64,000 bases of DNA from Candidatus Acidiferrum sp. (GTDB lineage: Bacteria; Verrucomicrobiota; Verrucomicrobiia; Limisphaerales; UBA8199). The stretch covers positions 127,052 through 191,051 of the forward strand of contig DATMRF010000117.1 in assembly GCA_035566435.1 (NCBI GenBank), read 5' to 3'. Position 1 is the stretch's first letter, and every line of letters starts with the position of its first letter. Shown piece by piece: positions 24,354-34,180 of the stretch. The notes below the pieces were generated by a model that did no database searches, was not told where the DNA came from, and was given only the letters and a program-made list of their open reading frames with translations. The translations under genes were made by a program, and so were the position numbers.

Positions 24354-26468
24354 ATGCGAACGTGCGGCTGGTTTGCGGCCACCGTGTTCCTGGGCCTGTG
24401 TTTTGGCGAGGGCCCGGCCCGCGGAGTTGATTGGACCACGACCACGGCGCCCTTTACGAACTGGTATGCGGTTGCCTGCTCGGCCGATGGCGCCAAAGTC
24501 GTGGCGGTAGTGGATAACCCGCCCGCCAGCGGCGTCTGGATCTCGACGGACGCCGGTCTTCACTGGACGCAAACGACCGCGCCCGCCGCGCCGGGATGGT
24601 CTTCGGTAGCCTCATCCACCAACGGCAACAAATTGGCGGCCTCCGGCTCGGGTGGGGTTTTCCTGTCGGCGGATTCCGGAGCGACCTGGCATCCCGCCGG
24701 CACCGGTGCTCCGAACGGTGCTGGTTCCGTTGCCTCGTCGGCCGACGGGGCGAAACTCATTGCTTGGGGAAACTTTCCTCAAGGCATCTATCTTTCCACT
24801 AACTCCGGAGGCTCATGGTCATACGTTGCGGTGAGTGCCGCCTTCGGGCCGGCGGCGGTCGCTTCCTCGGCGGATGGTCTTAGGCTGGCGGTAACGGGCA
24901 ACGGAGCGATCTATACGTCCGCCAACGCGGGCGCGACCTGGGTAACAAACAGCACCCCCGGCATTTATTGGTTCACCATCGCCTTCTCAGCCGACGGAAC
25001 CAACCTGTTCGCGATCGGCAACAACGCTACCGGGCGCCACGTTTACACTTCGCCGGATTCCGGAGCCACCTGGACCCTTACCAGCGCGCCCGTTTCCACC
25101 GCCTGGCTCGGCATAGCCTGTTCAGCCGATGGTGCCAATGTGGTGGTCGCCGGACCAGGAGGCACCGGCGGCGGACCGGGGATTATCGTGTCGACCAATT
25201 CCGGAGCGACCTGGGACCAGACCAGCGCTTCCCTCGAGGAACCGTGGTTCGGGGTGGCGGCGTCAGCGGACGGGACCAAATTCTTTGCGGTGTCCTACAC
25301 CGAAGGAATTTACGCCAGTGCCCGCGGCGCGACCTGGACGCTGAGCAGCGCCCCCGTTCAGGACTGGGGGGCCGTTGCCTGCTCGGCGGATGGAACCAAA
25401 CTCGCCGCCGGGATTCTGGGCGTTCACGGACCTACCGGCCCGATTTACATCTCGACAAACTCCGGCGGAACCTGGAACGCGAGCGTGTCACCGGATACGA
25501 ATTTCTGGACCTCCATAGGTGCTTCGGCCGACGGAACCAGGCTACTAGCCTCCAGTTCGGGCGACACCAGCGGTGGCCCGGGCGCGCTCTATACCTCGAC
25601 GAATTCCGGAGCTTCGTGGCAGCAAACCACGGCGCCCCGCTCAAATTGGTTCGCCGTAGCCAGCTCGGAAACCGGGACGAAATTGGTCGCGGCTGCCTCA
25701 GTTGACCCGTCCAGTCATCCCGGAGCGATCTTCCGCTCCATCGATGCCGGCCTGACCTGGTCAGCCGGCGTTGCTCCTCCTTCAAATTGGTTGGCGGTCG
25801 CCACGTCCGCCGATGGCGTCAAACAGGTGGCCGTCGCGGGGGCCGACCTGATTTACCTCTCCATAGATTCGGGCAACACCTGGTCGCCGAGCTTCGGCGC
25901 CGTCACGGGTTGGTGCGCCGTGGCTTCCTCATCGGACGGCACCAAACTGGCCGCCGCCGCCCTCGACCCGTTCGGTTCGGAGGGCGGCATCTACACCTCA
26001 AGCAATTCCGGAGCAACCTGGCAGCAAACCAGCGCACCCGTCATTACCTGGCAAGCCCTTGCCTCCTCCGCTGATGGCACCCGGCTGCTCGCCGCCAGTT
26101 ACAACATTCTTTACACCTCGACGAATTCAGGCCTGACGTGGGTCAGCAGCCTGCCCGTGGCAGGCTGGCAAGCCGTCGCAAGCTCGGCGGACGGAAGCAC
26201 CCTGGCAGCGGCCGTGTCTGGCAGTGGCGGCGGCGGAATCTACATTTCACGAGCTGTTGTGCCGCCGACGCTGGCGGCCACGCATTCAGGCAGGAACATC
26301 GTTCTCTCATGGCCGCCCGCCTCGGGCTTCATCCTGCAACAGAATCTTAGCCTGGCCACAACCAACTGGGCCGATGTTGCAGCCAGCCTGGTCCTCACCA
26401 ACCTCCGCTTCGAGGTCACCCTCCCGCTGACCAACAACGCGGCGTTCTTCAGGCTCAAACACCCTTAA
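24354..26468 (+). CDS. Large secreted BNR/Asp-box-like repeat protein (12 S-x-D/N-x-G-x-T-W repeats; tandem beta-propellers) with a C-terminal FFR-motif domain
   Basis: Table ORF. Repeats include STDAGLHWTQT, SADSGATWHPA, STNSGGSWSYV, SANAGATWVTN, SPDSGATWTLT, STNSGATWDQT, STNSGGTWNAS, STNSGASWQQT, SIDAGLTWSAG, SIDSGNTWSPS, SSNSGATWQQT and STNSGLTWVSS. The C-terminus is ...ILQQNLSLATTNWADVAASLVLTNLRFEVTLPLTNNAAFFRLKHP*. Confidence 0.65.
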   Translation: MRTCGWFAATVFLGLCFGEGPARGVDWTTTTAPFTNWYAVACSADGAKVVAVVDNPPASGVWISTDAGLHWTQTTAPAAPGWSSVASSTNGNKLAASGSGGVFLSADSGATWHPAGTGAPNGAGSVASSADGAKLIAWGNFPQGIYLSTNSGGSWSYVAVSAAFGPAAVASSADGLRLAVTGNGAIYTSANAGATWVTNSTPGIYWFTIAFSADGTNLFAIGNNATGRHVYTSPDSGATWTLTSAPVSTAWLGIACSADGANVVVAGPGGTGGGPGIIVSTNSGATWDQTSASLEEPWFGVAASADGTKFFAVSYTEGIYASARGATWTLSSAPVQDWGAVACSADGTKLAAGILGVHGPTGPIYISTNSGGTWNASVSPDTNFWTSIGASADGTRLLASSSGDTSGGPGALYTSTNSGASWQQTTAPRSNWFAVASSETGTKLVAAASVDPSSHPGAIFRSIDAGLTWSAGVAPPSNWLAVATSADGVKQVAVAGADLIYLSIDSGNTWSPSFGAVTGWCAVASSSDGTKLAAAALDPFGSEGGIYTSSNSGATWQQTSAPVITWQALASSADGTRLLAASYNILYTSTNSGLTWVSSLPVAGWQAVASSADGSTLAAAVSGSGGGGIYISRAVVPPTLAATHSGRNIVLSWPPASGFILQQNLSLATTNWADVAASLVLTNLRFEVTLPLTNNAAFFRLKHP

Positions 26469-26541
26469 CGCTTGTCTTTCGCTTTGAATCACCAACCGCG
26501 GATTACGCAGATTGCACGGATTGCCCGTAGCCCACCCCCCA

Positions 26542-28164
26542 TTACACGCCTGCTGGGAGCAACGCTGCCCGTCGTGGGCCTGGCTTTCCGACTGCGTCAG
26601 GCGCCTTCTGCGCCAGCCGTCTGCGGAATCTCAAGTGCCGGCGCCGTGTCAGCTCGACCAGCGGCCACCAGACCCGGCGGACGAGCCGATGCTTAATCAG
26701 GAAATGCCACAGCCGGTTCGATCGTTTATACAGATAACAGCCGGCCAGATACGTCGGCACTGCGCCCCATTCCTGCGGCCGCCGCCGCCATATCGACACG
26801 TGCGAGAAAAGCCGGCGGTAAAGCCAGTCGTATCCCAACAAAAGCTCGTCGGGGGTCATCTGCTTGGGCTGGAACACCACGTGCGCCGTGTCGTAAAGGT
26901 CCCAGTTCCGATGCAGCAGACGCCCCTCGGCCTCCATCTGCCGGAATAACGGCGTGCCGGGATACGGTGTGAGTATGTGAAACGTCGCGCATTCCATGCG
27001 GTTTTCCTCGATCCACTCCGCCAGCCGCGGAAACGTCTCTTTCGTGTCGCCATCGAACCCGACCACAAAGCTGCCATTCACCTGGATTCCGTGCTCGTGC
27101 AGAATTCCAAGCCGGCGGGCGTAATCCTCGGCCTTGGGGGTTCGTTTGCGCGCGTGAACGAGATTGGCGTCAGTGAGGGTTTCGAATCCGATGAATACTC
27201 CATTGCAACCGGCCAGCGCCATCTCACGAATCAGGCCAGGCTCATCCGTCACATCCAGGGTAACGGCGGCGCTCCAAAGTTTCTCCAGTGGCCGCAGGGC
27301 CCGGCACAAACTGCGCAAGTAGTCGCGGTTTGAGCCCAGGTTGTTGTCAATGAACACTGCGTAAGGTTGGCTCTCAGCCTCGAATTGACGGCGAATATCT
27401 TCCGGATCTCGCGCGCGGTAGGGAATATGGAGGCCTTCCGTCGATAAATAACAGAACCCGCACCGGTTATGGCAGCCGCGCGTGGCGATGAGGCTGGCGG
27501 TGGTCAGGAAACTTTCCCGCGGCAGCACGGCCCGCTTTGGGACCGGCTCAGACCGGTAATCGCCGTCGTAGCCGGCGACATATCTCGGCTTCAAGGCGCC
27601 CTCCTCGACATCGCGCAGAATCTCACGCCAGAGCCGGACGCCTTCACCCACAGCGATCGCGTCGGCGTGCGGCGCGGCCTCCTCGGGGCACGATTGGACG
27701 TGCAGGCCGCCGAACACCACTTTGCTGCCCTGCTGCCGGTACCACCTCGCCAGCGCATAGGCCCGCCGCGCGAAGGTCAGGTGCACCGTAATCCCGACCA
27801 CCTCGGGTAAAGGTTCCGCCGGCGGAGTCCCTTGCAGAAGGTTCTCGTCCCAGTAATTGACCCGCCAATTCGCCGGAGTCCCCCCCGCAATTGACGTCAG
27901 CGCCAGCGTTGGCGTCAGAACATGCTTGCCGAAGCTCCCGTGCGGCGACTTCGGATAAAACGGGTTGATGAGCAACGCATAACGCTTTTCAACGCGGCGG
28001 TTCGGCAGCGGCGCCGGCAGGCCCGGCGGTTTGGCCATCTCCCGGGGCCGCCACAGCGGCCTGCGTGGGTTGAAGAAAGGGTCCGCCGGCACCTCGCCGA
28101 GGCAGCGGTTCATGAAACGCCGGGTTTGAACGGAGAAAAGAGTCAGAGTCTGGTTTGCGCTCAT
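26542..28164 (-). CDS. B12-binding domain / radical SAM protein (class B radical SAM)
   Basis: Table ORF. A KRYALLINPFYPK Rossmann-type opening (B12-binding-like) is followed by the radical SAM motif ATRGCHNRCGFC. The start may instead be the Met at 28038 (MAKPPG...). Confidence 0.65.
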   Translation of the reverse strand: MSANQTLTLFSVQTRRFMNRCLGEVPADPFFNPRRPLWRPREMAKPPGLPAPLPNRRVEKRYALLINPFYPKSPHGSFGKHVLTPTLALTSIAGGTPANWRVNYWDENLLQGTPPAEPLPEVVGITVHLTFARRAYALARWYRQQGSKVVFGGLHVQSCPEEAAPHADAIAVGEGVRLWREILRDVEEGALKPRYVAGYDGDYRSEPVPKRAVLPRESFLTTASLIATRGCHNRCGFCYLSTEGLHIPYRARDPEDIRRQFEAESQPYAVFIDNNLGSNRDYLRSLCRALRPLEKLWSAAVTLDVTDEPGLIREMALAGCNGVFIGFETLTDANLVHARKRTPKAEDYARRLGILHEHGIQVNGSFVVGFDGDTKETFPRLAEWIEENRMECATFHILTPYPGTPLFRQMEAEGRLLHRNWDLYDTAHVVFQPKQMTPDELLLGYDWLYRRLFSHVSIWRRRPQEWGAVPTYLAGCYLYKRSNRLWHFLIKHRLVRRVWWPLVELTRRRHLRFRRRLAQKAPDAVGKPGPRRAALLPAGV

Positions 28165-28175
28165 ATATCACTTTG

Positions 28176-28295
28176 TATTACAAAGTAAATCGACCCAAGC
28201 CGCCTGTTCAGCGTTCAAACTATGTGATGCTCCAGTGCAGATTTTGGCCCCGCGAATATTTGGCGTAACCGCTGTACCACTTTGCGTCACAAAGT
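28176..28295. promoter_or_regulatory. Pair of operator-like palindromes ACTTTG-N5-CAAAGT upstream of the radical SAM gene
   Basis: 28176-28192 cactttgtattacaaagt (a perfect 17-bp palindrome, 8 bp upstream of the ATG at 28164) and 28274-28294 ccactttgcgtcacaaagtat, about 100 bp apart. Confidence 0.5.
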
Positions 28296-28479
28296 ATTGG
28301 GTGCTGAATGCGTCAAAGGCAGGTGCCGGAAATATTTCACGATCCTGATGCGGGTTCAGGCGCCAAGGGAACAAGCGAATTTGAGGATGATTTGGGACCG
28401 CAAGGATGTGGTTTGGCCCGCTCCCGCTACGGCAGACGAGGTGCTGGTTTACCGTGCGGAATCTGCAAAGAATTAGATA

Positions 28480-29976
28480 CTACCAGATCGTCTTCATCGG
28501 CCAGGCTTCGATCAGCTCAGCTCTGGCATTGCCGCCCTCGGCGCGGATCGCCAGGGTCGCATCATTAGCGAGTGGGGTGACCCTCTTGGTGACGCACACG
28601 GTTTCATTGGCAAATACCTCCATCACCGAGCGGTCTATAAAAATCCGGAGGTTCAACTTCCCCTTAGCCAATTGCAGCGGGCTCTTTGCTTCCATCACTG
28701 TAAGTTCCGAGCCGTCGAACCGCAGTTTGAGCGGCCGCGTATCCTTGTCGCTGCTCCTGACTTCGAGCGCGACCGCCTTCGCCTGCTGCAAATCAATCCG
28801 GGCAAGAATTTCCAGCGCATTGGTTTTCGGCAGGCTTAGAACTTCGCCCTGCTCGCCCAACGAACGATTGCGCCACCTAATCGGTTCGCCGCGTAGTTTG
28901 CTCAATTGCGGCGCAGGTTCCTGTCGCAGATGCCCATCCCCTGACAATCTCAGTTGGCGGGGCAAGGACAGGCAGCCGTTCCAGCCGTGTCCGCCGGGAA
29001 ATCCGGTCACCCAACCCCACACCAGGCGCCGGCCGTCCGGAACCTGCATCGTGTTAGGCGCGTAAAAATTCGGCCCGCAATCCAGCAGCCCGCGTGCGTG
29101 AGCCTGGAACCGGCAGGTGCTCGCGTCAAAATCGCCAATGAAATACTGCACCTTCCCGTACGGCGACACCAGCAGCACCCACTTCCCGTCCAGCTCGAAA
29201 AAGTTCGGGCATTCCACCGTCCGTGCCTCAGCATCCGGATGCTGAAACAGGACCCCGCGATAGGTCCATTGAGTCAGTTCTGCATTCTTCGCCTCGTAAA
29301 TATTCACGACGGCCTGCCCCCCCTTCGCCTGGTTCAGATTGCCACCGGTCACCAGGAAAGCCTTCGTGCCAATCTTGAAAATAAACGGATCACGCCAGTC
29401 GTAGATTTTTCTTTCTCCGTGCAAGGCTTCTGACAAAACCGGGTTCGCCGGGAATTTGCGCCAATGGACCAGATCATCGTCGCTGGTGGCCGCCCATTGT
29501 TCTGCATGGTCCATGGCTGATTTGCCGGGCGCGATGCTCGTGTAAAACGCCATCGGCTGGCCGCGCCCATTGACCGTGCAGCAGCCCGACCAAATTTCCG
29601 CCTCGCCCAATTCGCTCGACGGCCACAGCGCTATGGGCTGGTGCTCCCACTTCGCCAGGTCGCGGCTGCGGACATGACCCCAATATTTGGGCCCGCTGCC
29701 GTCGCTGAACGGATGCAGTTGATAGAACATGTGATAATAGCCCTTGTAAAAAATCGGGCCGTTCGGGTCATTCATCCATTGCGCGGGCGAGGCGACGTGA
29801 AAAATCGGGTGGGCAGGATCCGCCTGTGCGCGCGGTATCGCCGCCTCCATGGAGGCAGTCGCTCGCGCGATGGTGGAATCAGCGCTGTCTCCCTGCGCGC
29901 CCGCCTGCAGAATGCACAGACCCAGAACGAAACATTGCAGAACTCGTGGACTCAAGCTTGTCAGGTTTAGATTCAT
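28480..29976 (-). CDS. Glycoside hydrolase family 32 (beta-fructofuranosidase/levanase-like), secreted
   Basis: Table ORF 28480..30084, trimmed to MNLNLTSLSPRVLQCFVLGLCILQAGAQ. GH32 hallmarks WMNDPNGP, RDPF and ECP. Confidence 0.75.
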   Translation of the reverse strand: MNLNLTSLSPRVLQCFVLGLCILQAGAQGDSADSTIARATASMEAAIPRAQADPAHPIFHVASPAQWMNDPNGPIFYKGYYHMFYQLHPFSDGSGPKYWGHVRSRDLAKWEHQPIALWPSSELGEAEIWSGCCTVNGRGQPMAFYTSIAPGKSAMDHAEQWAATSDDDLVHWRKFPANPVLSEALHGERKIYDWRDPFIFKIGTKAFLVTGGNLNQAKGGQAVVNIYEAKNAELTQWTYRGVLFQHPDAEARTVECPNFFELDGKWVLLVSPYGKVQYFIGDFDASTCRFQAHARGLLDCGPNFYAPNTMQVPDGRRLVWGWVTGFPGGHGWNGCLSLPRQLRLSGDGHLRQEPAPQLSKLRGEPIRWRNRSLGEQGEVLSLPKTNALEILARIDLQQAKAVALEVRSSDKDTRPLKLRFDGSELTVMEAKSPLQLAKGKLNLRIFIDRSVMEVFANETVCVTKRVTPLANDATLAIRAEGGNARAELIEAWPMKTIW

Positions 29977-30105
29977 GCAGTTGGACGGCGGCGCGGCCAG
30001 CACAATCAACAACTCCGGAGCCGGCCTCCGCAGACCAATGTGCGAGCAAAACCGCGAGCGTGTCCACGGAAATGTCCTCATCAAGGGGTAAGAACAGAAT
30101 GGCGC

Positions 30106-30453
30106 TTAGATAACCCCTAAAACTTTCTTTGGCAAAGGCTTACGCCGATGGGTGTCCGGCAGGGTTCCGAAGAGGATCTGGCGGGACAGCTTTTCCATTT
30201 TGACAATGGTTTTTTGGAGATTGCGCCGGTTTTCAATCGCTTTGCGCAAGGACTGGAACTGCTCTGGGCTGAGGGCGACGGTAATGGTTTTTCGAGCGAC
30301 CTTGCGGGTCCACTGATAACCGGAGCGTGGGGTTCTGAGCGTGGAACGATCCAACACCGAGCCTTGGCTGATGTAACCGGTGCTGGCCAGGCTGGAGCAC
30401 AGGCGTTGGTATTGACGCTCCAAGGAATCGGCCGGGGCAAGTTTGTTTTTCAT
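30106..30453 (-). CDS. Hypothetical protein (DUF6788-like architecture but lacking the Cys residues)
   Basis: Table ORF of 115 aa with protein-like composition. It loosely resembles the pattern of small proteins often found in IS/transposon neighbourhoods. Confidence 0.35.
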   Translation of the reverse strand: MKNKLAPADSLERQYQRLCSSLASTGYISQGSVLDRSTLRTPRSGYQWTRKVARKTITVALSPEQFQSLRKAIENRRNLQKTIVKMEKLSRQILFGTLPDTHRRKPLPKKVLGVI

Positions 30454-31067
30454 GCCGTCATTTTAAGCTGGCGGTCAAGCTATTGACACGGCTACACAGG
30501 TAGGCGCATGCGCAGGACAAGACCACAACGGAAATAAAATTGTAAGTATGGCTCACCTTGTCGTCGATCCCCGGGCCGTCCTCGCTCGCAAGCAGACCGG
30601 CACTGGTGTAACCGAAGCGTATCGTTCCGACAGCGTGCAGCATGTTCGTAAGACGCCCAGTAGCCTCTAGCGCGCACTAAGAGGCCGAGACAATCGGCTG
30701 ACCATGAGGCTTGTGTCAATAGTTTTGACCCCTATCCGGCTTCCACGAATTTGCACTAAACGTGCGGCTCTCAGCCCCCAAAGGGCAAAAAGGAAAACCG
30801 AGGGACGAACCTGCGGCAATTCAGTTCACAGCTCGGCCTGGAGTGCCAGCGGAAGTGGCACCAGCGGAAGTGGCAATTGACACTTTTCTCTCCATCCGAC
30901 AGGATGCGGTTGGAATGAGTTCCTGTGAAGATCAATTCCCCCAATTTTGCGCAACAAAAATAAATCAGAGGCGGCATAACGGAAATGTTTCTCGATGACG
31001 CAGGCACTCGTCGGCGGTCCCGGTTCCCTGAAACCCAAACGCATAATAAAACGAGCGGAGGCAAAAT

Positions 31068-32933
31068 ATGACTGACCTACTGACCGGTAAAGTTCTGGCG
31101 ACCGGAATTCTGATTGGCGCCCTCCTTCTTCTCATCGTCTGCTATAAGCTGATACTTCGGATTTTCGGGGTGATTATCATTCCGAAAAACACTATCGGCA
31201 TAGTGAATAAGAAGTTCGTCCTTTTCGGCTCAAACAAGACGCTCCCGGACGGCGAGATTATCGCCCTCAAAGGCGAAGCCGGCATTCAGGCCGACACTCT
31301 GCCGCCTGGCATCCATTTCTGGCGCTGGCCATGGCAATATGGCGTCCAGAGCCAGGAATTTGTTACGATAAGCCAAGGCAAAATCGGCGTGGTCGAAGCA
31401 CGGGGCGGCAAGCCGCTGAGCAACGGCCGCGTTCTCGCTAAAAAGGTCGAGAGCGATTCGTTCCAGAATGTGCGCTTGTTCCTGCAAAACGGCGGCGAAC
31501 GCGGTCCGCAGATCGCCATCATCCCGCCCGGAACCTACCGCATCAACACTGCCTTCTTCGGGGTTAACCCGGCCGCGGTCGTGCAGCTTGAAGACAACAC
31601 AATCGGTGTCGTCACCACTCAGGATGGAAAGCCATTGCCGACCGGCGAAATTGCCGGCAAAGAGATCCCGGCACACAACATGTTCCAGGATGGTGAGGCG
31701 TTCATCCAGAACGGTGGTCACAAGGGCCTGCAGGAGCAAGTGCTTCTGGCCGGACGATACTTCCTCAACCCGAACTTCGCTACCGTCGAGATCAAGCCGA
31801 TGACGGAAGTGCCGATCGCCCACGTGGGCGTCGTCATCTCGTACGTCGGCGAGGCCGGAGCGGACGTGACCGGCGTCGAGTTCAAGCACGGCAACATGGT
31901 GAAAAAGGGCGAGAAGGGCGTCTGGGTCGAGCCTCTCGATCCCGGCAAGTATCCGATCAACCCCTATACCAACAAAGTCGAGTGCGTGCCTACGGCCAAC
32001 GTTGTGCTCAATTGGGCGACCGGAAAGACCGAGGCACACAAGCTCGATGAGAACCTGTGCACGATCAAGGTCCGTTCGTCGGACGGCTTCACGTTCAACC
32101 TGGACGTGAGCCAGATCATCCATATCCCGCGAAACGATGCTCCCAAGGTTATCGCCCGCTTCGGAAGCGTGGTCAATCTGGTCAGCCAGGTGCTGGAGCC
32201 GACCATCGGCAATTACTTCCGCAATGCGGCCCAGGGATCAGATGTCATCAGCTTCCTCAAAGAGCGGCAATCTCGGCAGAAAGATGCGAGAGACGCCATC
32301 TCAAAAGCCCTCGAGGAATATAACGTCGGCGCCGTGGACACCCTCATCGGCGATATCACGCCGCCGGAGTCGTTGATGAAGACTCTCACCGATCGCAAGA
32401 TCGCCGAGCAGGAGACGGTGACTTTCGAGACCCAGCGCAAGGCCCAGGAGATTCGCCAGCAGCTCCAGCAGGCTACGGCGATGGCAGATACGCAGGCCAA
32501 AGTCGTGGATTCCGAGCGGAGTGTGACTATCGCCGAATTCCAGGCCAAGGCCGCGGTCAAGCAGGCCGAGGGTCTAGCCCAGGCAAAGACCGTCCAAGCC
32601 ACTGCTGATGCCATGGTCGTGAAGACCGTCGGCGAAGCTGAAGCTACGAAGGTCAAAGCGATCGGCACCGCCGAAGCCGACGTGATCAAGCTGAAGATTA
32701 GCTCCATGGAAGCCGGAAACTACGCGAGCGTTCAAGTTGCACAGGCATTGGCCGGCAGCAAGATTCCGATAGTGCCCAGCATTATGGTAAGCGGCTCTGC
32801 CGGCAACGGACAGGGTGGCACGTTAGTGGATGTGCTTCTGGCCAACATGTTAACAGGGCAATTGAAGGAGAAGTCTGCGAGTCCGGCAGCGACTCCAGAG
32901 ACCTCCGTTTCTGCTGTGCCGTCTCGGCAATAG
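31068..32933 (+). CDS. Flotillin-like SPFH/Band-7 domain protein (621 aa)
   Basis: Table ORF. N-terminal TM helix (LATGILIGALLLLIVCYKLIL), an SPFH core, then a long Ala/Gln/Glu/Lys-rich coiled-coil (...AEQETVTFETQRKAQEIRQQLQQATAMADTQAKVV...). The local GC looks lower than its neighbours. Confidence 0.7.
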   Translation: MTDLLTGKVLATGILIGALLLLIVCYKLILRIFGVIIIPKNTIGIVNKKFVLFGSNKTLPDGEIIALKGEAGIQADTLPPGIHFWRWPWQYGVQSQEFVTISQGKIGVVEARGGKPLSNGRVLAKKVESDSFQNVRLFLQNGGERGPQIAIIPPGTYRINTAFFGVNPAAVVQLEDNTIGVVTTQDGKPLPTGEIAGKEIPAHNMFQDGEAFIQNGGHKGLQEQVLLAGRYFLNPNFATVEIKPMTEVPIAHVGVVISYVGEAGADVTGVEFKHGNMVKKGEKGVWVEPLDPGKYPINPYTNKVECVPTANVVLNWATGKTEAHKLDENLCTIKVRSSDGFTFNLDVSQIIHIPRNDAPKVIARFGSVVNLVSQVLEPTIGNYFRNAAQGSDVISFLKERQSRQKDARDAISKALEEYNVGAVDTLIGDITPPESLMKTLTDRKIAEQETVTFETQRKAQEIRQQLQQATAMADTQAKVVDSERSVTIAEFQAKAAVKQAEGLAQAKTVQATADAMVVKTVGEAEATKVKAIGTAEADVIKLKISSMEAGNYASVQVAQALAGSKIPIVPSIMVSGSAGNGQGGTLVDVLLANMLTGQLKEKSASPAATPETSVSAVPSRQ

Positions 32934-33623
32934 TACTGTCTGAGCTCGTCAAACCGCCCCGACTTGCCGGAGTATAGCTATACTCTCCTACCGAGAGGAA
33001 TCCGGAATTAAGCTTTGCACAGGTGCTGAGGATCTCATGCTTTGAGCCTTTGGTCAAACTATTTCATTCGACCGGTGTAGTCAAGATTCGGCGTCAACCC
33101 TCTACTCGGTCCGCGAAAATAGACGAAATCCACCAAATGAGGCTGGCGTTCGTGTAGCTCGTGTATCACCCGCGCAGCGTCAAGTACATGTCGCGCGCCA
33201 AAAACCAAATTCCTATCAGTTTCAGATCAGATCGTTTTGATTTATATGGGGGAAATCCCCCGATTGATTTTTCGGGGCTCGGCTTCATCGTATGCTTGTC
33301 TTTATGTTCACTCGTGAAGTAATTAGAGCAATCTTAGGCAACGCAGACCGAAGCGACTTTCACCACTTCGTAATCCCGGGACTCCACGTAAATCGCACAG
33401 CGGAAGCCGAGCGTGACGTGCTGGGCGGAGCAATGGTTGTCATTTTGACGGCGGTGGTGGTTCTTGTGATGCGTCTCATTCTGGCAAATTGATTTAGCCG
33501 CGTTCGCCCTTATTCCACCTTCGGCCATCCTCTCCCAGGCAGCCTTTGTGGGGGGGCGGTATAGTCGTGGACGTGCCGAGTTACACCGGCTCGCAATAGA
33601 CAGTTCTCAACAAGTTTTCCCGC

Positions 33624-34016
33624 GTGGGTTGGCGGTGGCGGCTGTCTGCCATGTGTAACGGTCGGCCCAGGCGAGAAGGTTGCGAAAGTGTTGTGCCCGT
33701 GAAAAACAAAACCGCAGTTACGAAGTTAACCCAATCCCCCGCACCGCTAGCGATTGAAGCGGGGCAGCGTGTGCAGGAATATGAGTTCGACGACTACCCC
33801 ATCCTCGGGTTTTGTAAACAGATCTTGGGCTTTACCGTGTCCGGTCGGTTAGCCCACTCCGATGGCAGGTCCACCAGGGCGGTGACCCTAAAGCGTTCGG
33901 TCGAACTGTTAGCCAAGTGGGAACTCCACGGGACATGGGAAACCGAGCCGGACGCGGGTTGGGATGCTGAAGCCAGGGTAAAGTGGCTGCGGATGGTCGC
34001 GGCCGCCATCGGATAA
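33624..34016 (+). CDS. Hypothetical protein
   Basis: Table ORF of 130 aa; no recognisable motifs. It lies in the lower-GC patch. Confidence 0.25.
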   Translation: MGWRWRLSAMCNGRPRREGCESVVPVKNKTAVTKLTQSPAPLAIEAGQRVQEYEFDDYPILGFCKQILGFTVSGRLAHSDGRSTRAVTLKRSVELLAKWELHGTWETEPDAGWDAEARVKWLRMVAAAIG

Positions 34017-34180
34017 CTAAACTGTGAACGACCCTAAAGTAAAGAGGTCAGTTGCGCAGATTTCCATAGTTAATGTCGGGCGGTTCTGAGTCAGTCCGAA
34101 TTGGGCGCCATTCCACCGCCCAAAGGACAATCCGTGAATCTGTGCAACTGACCCCTTCACGGCGAGCAAGCCTGCCCAAT

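Noticed and set aside
24354-26468. Possibility that the 12-repeat SxDxGxTW protein is a sialidase
   Set aside because: Only the Asp-box/BNR repeats are visible. No sialidase catalytic RIP/FRIP motif or Arg triad was recognised, so it is called a generic BNR propeller.
33292-33528. Overlapping small ORFs 33292..33492+ (66 aa) and 33334..33528- (64 aa, His-rich HHKNHHRRQNDNHC)
   Set aside because: They are mutually exclusive, with no motif, no clear RBS and a low-GC setting, so I cannot decide which, if either, is real. They might hide a small metal-binding peptide, but evidence is insufficient.
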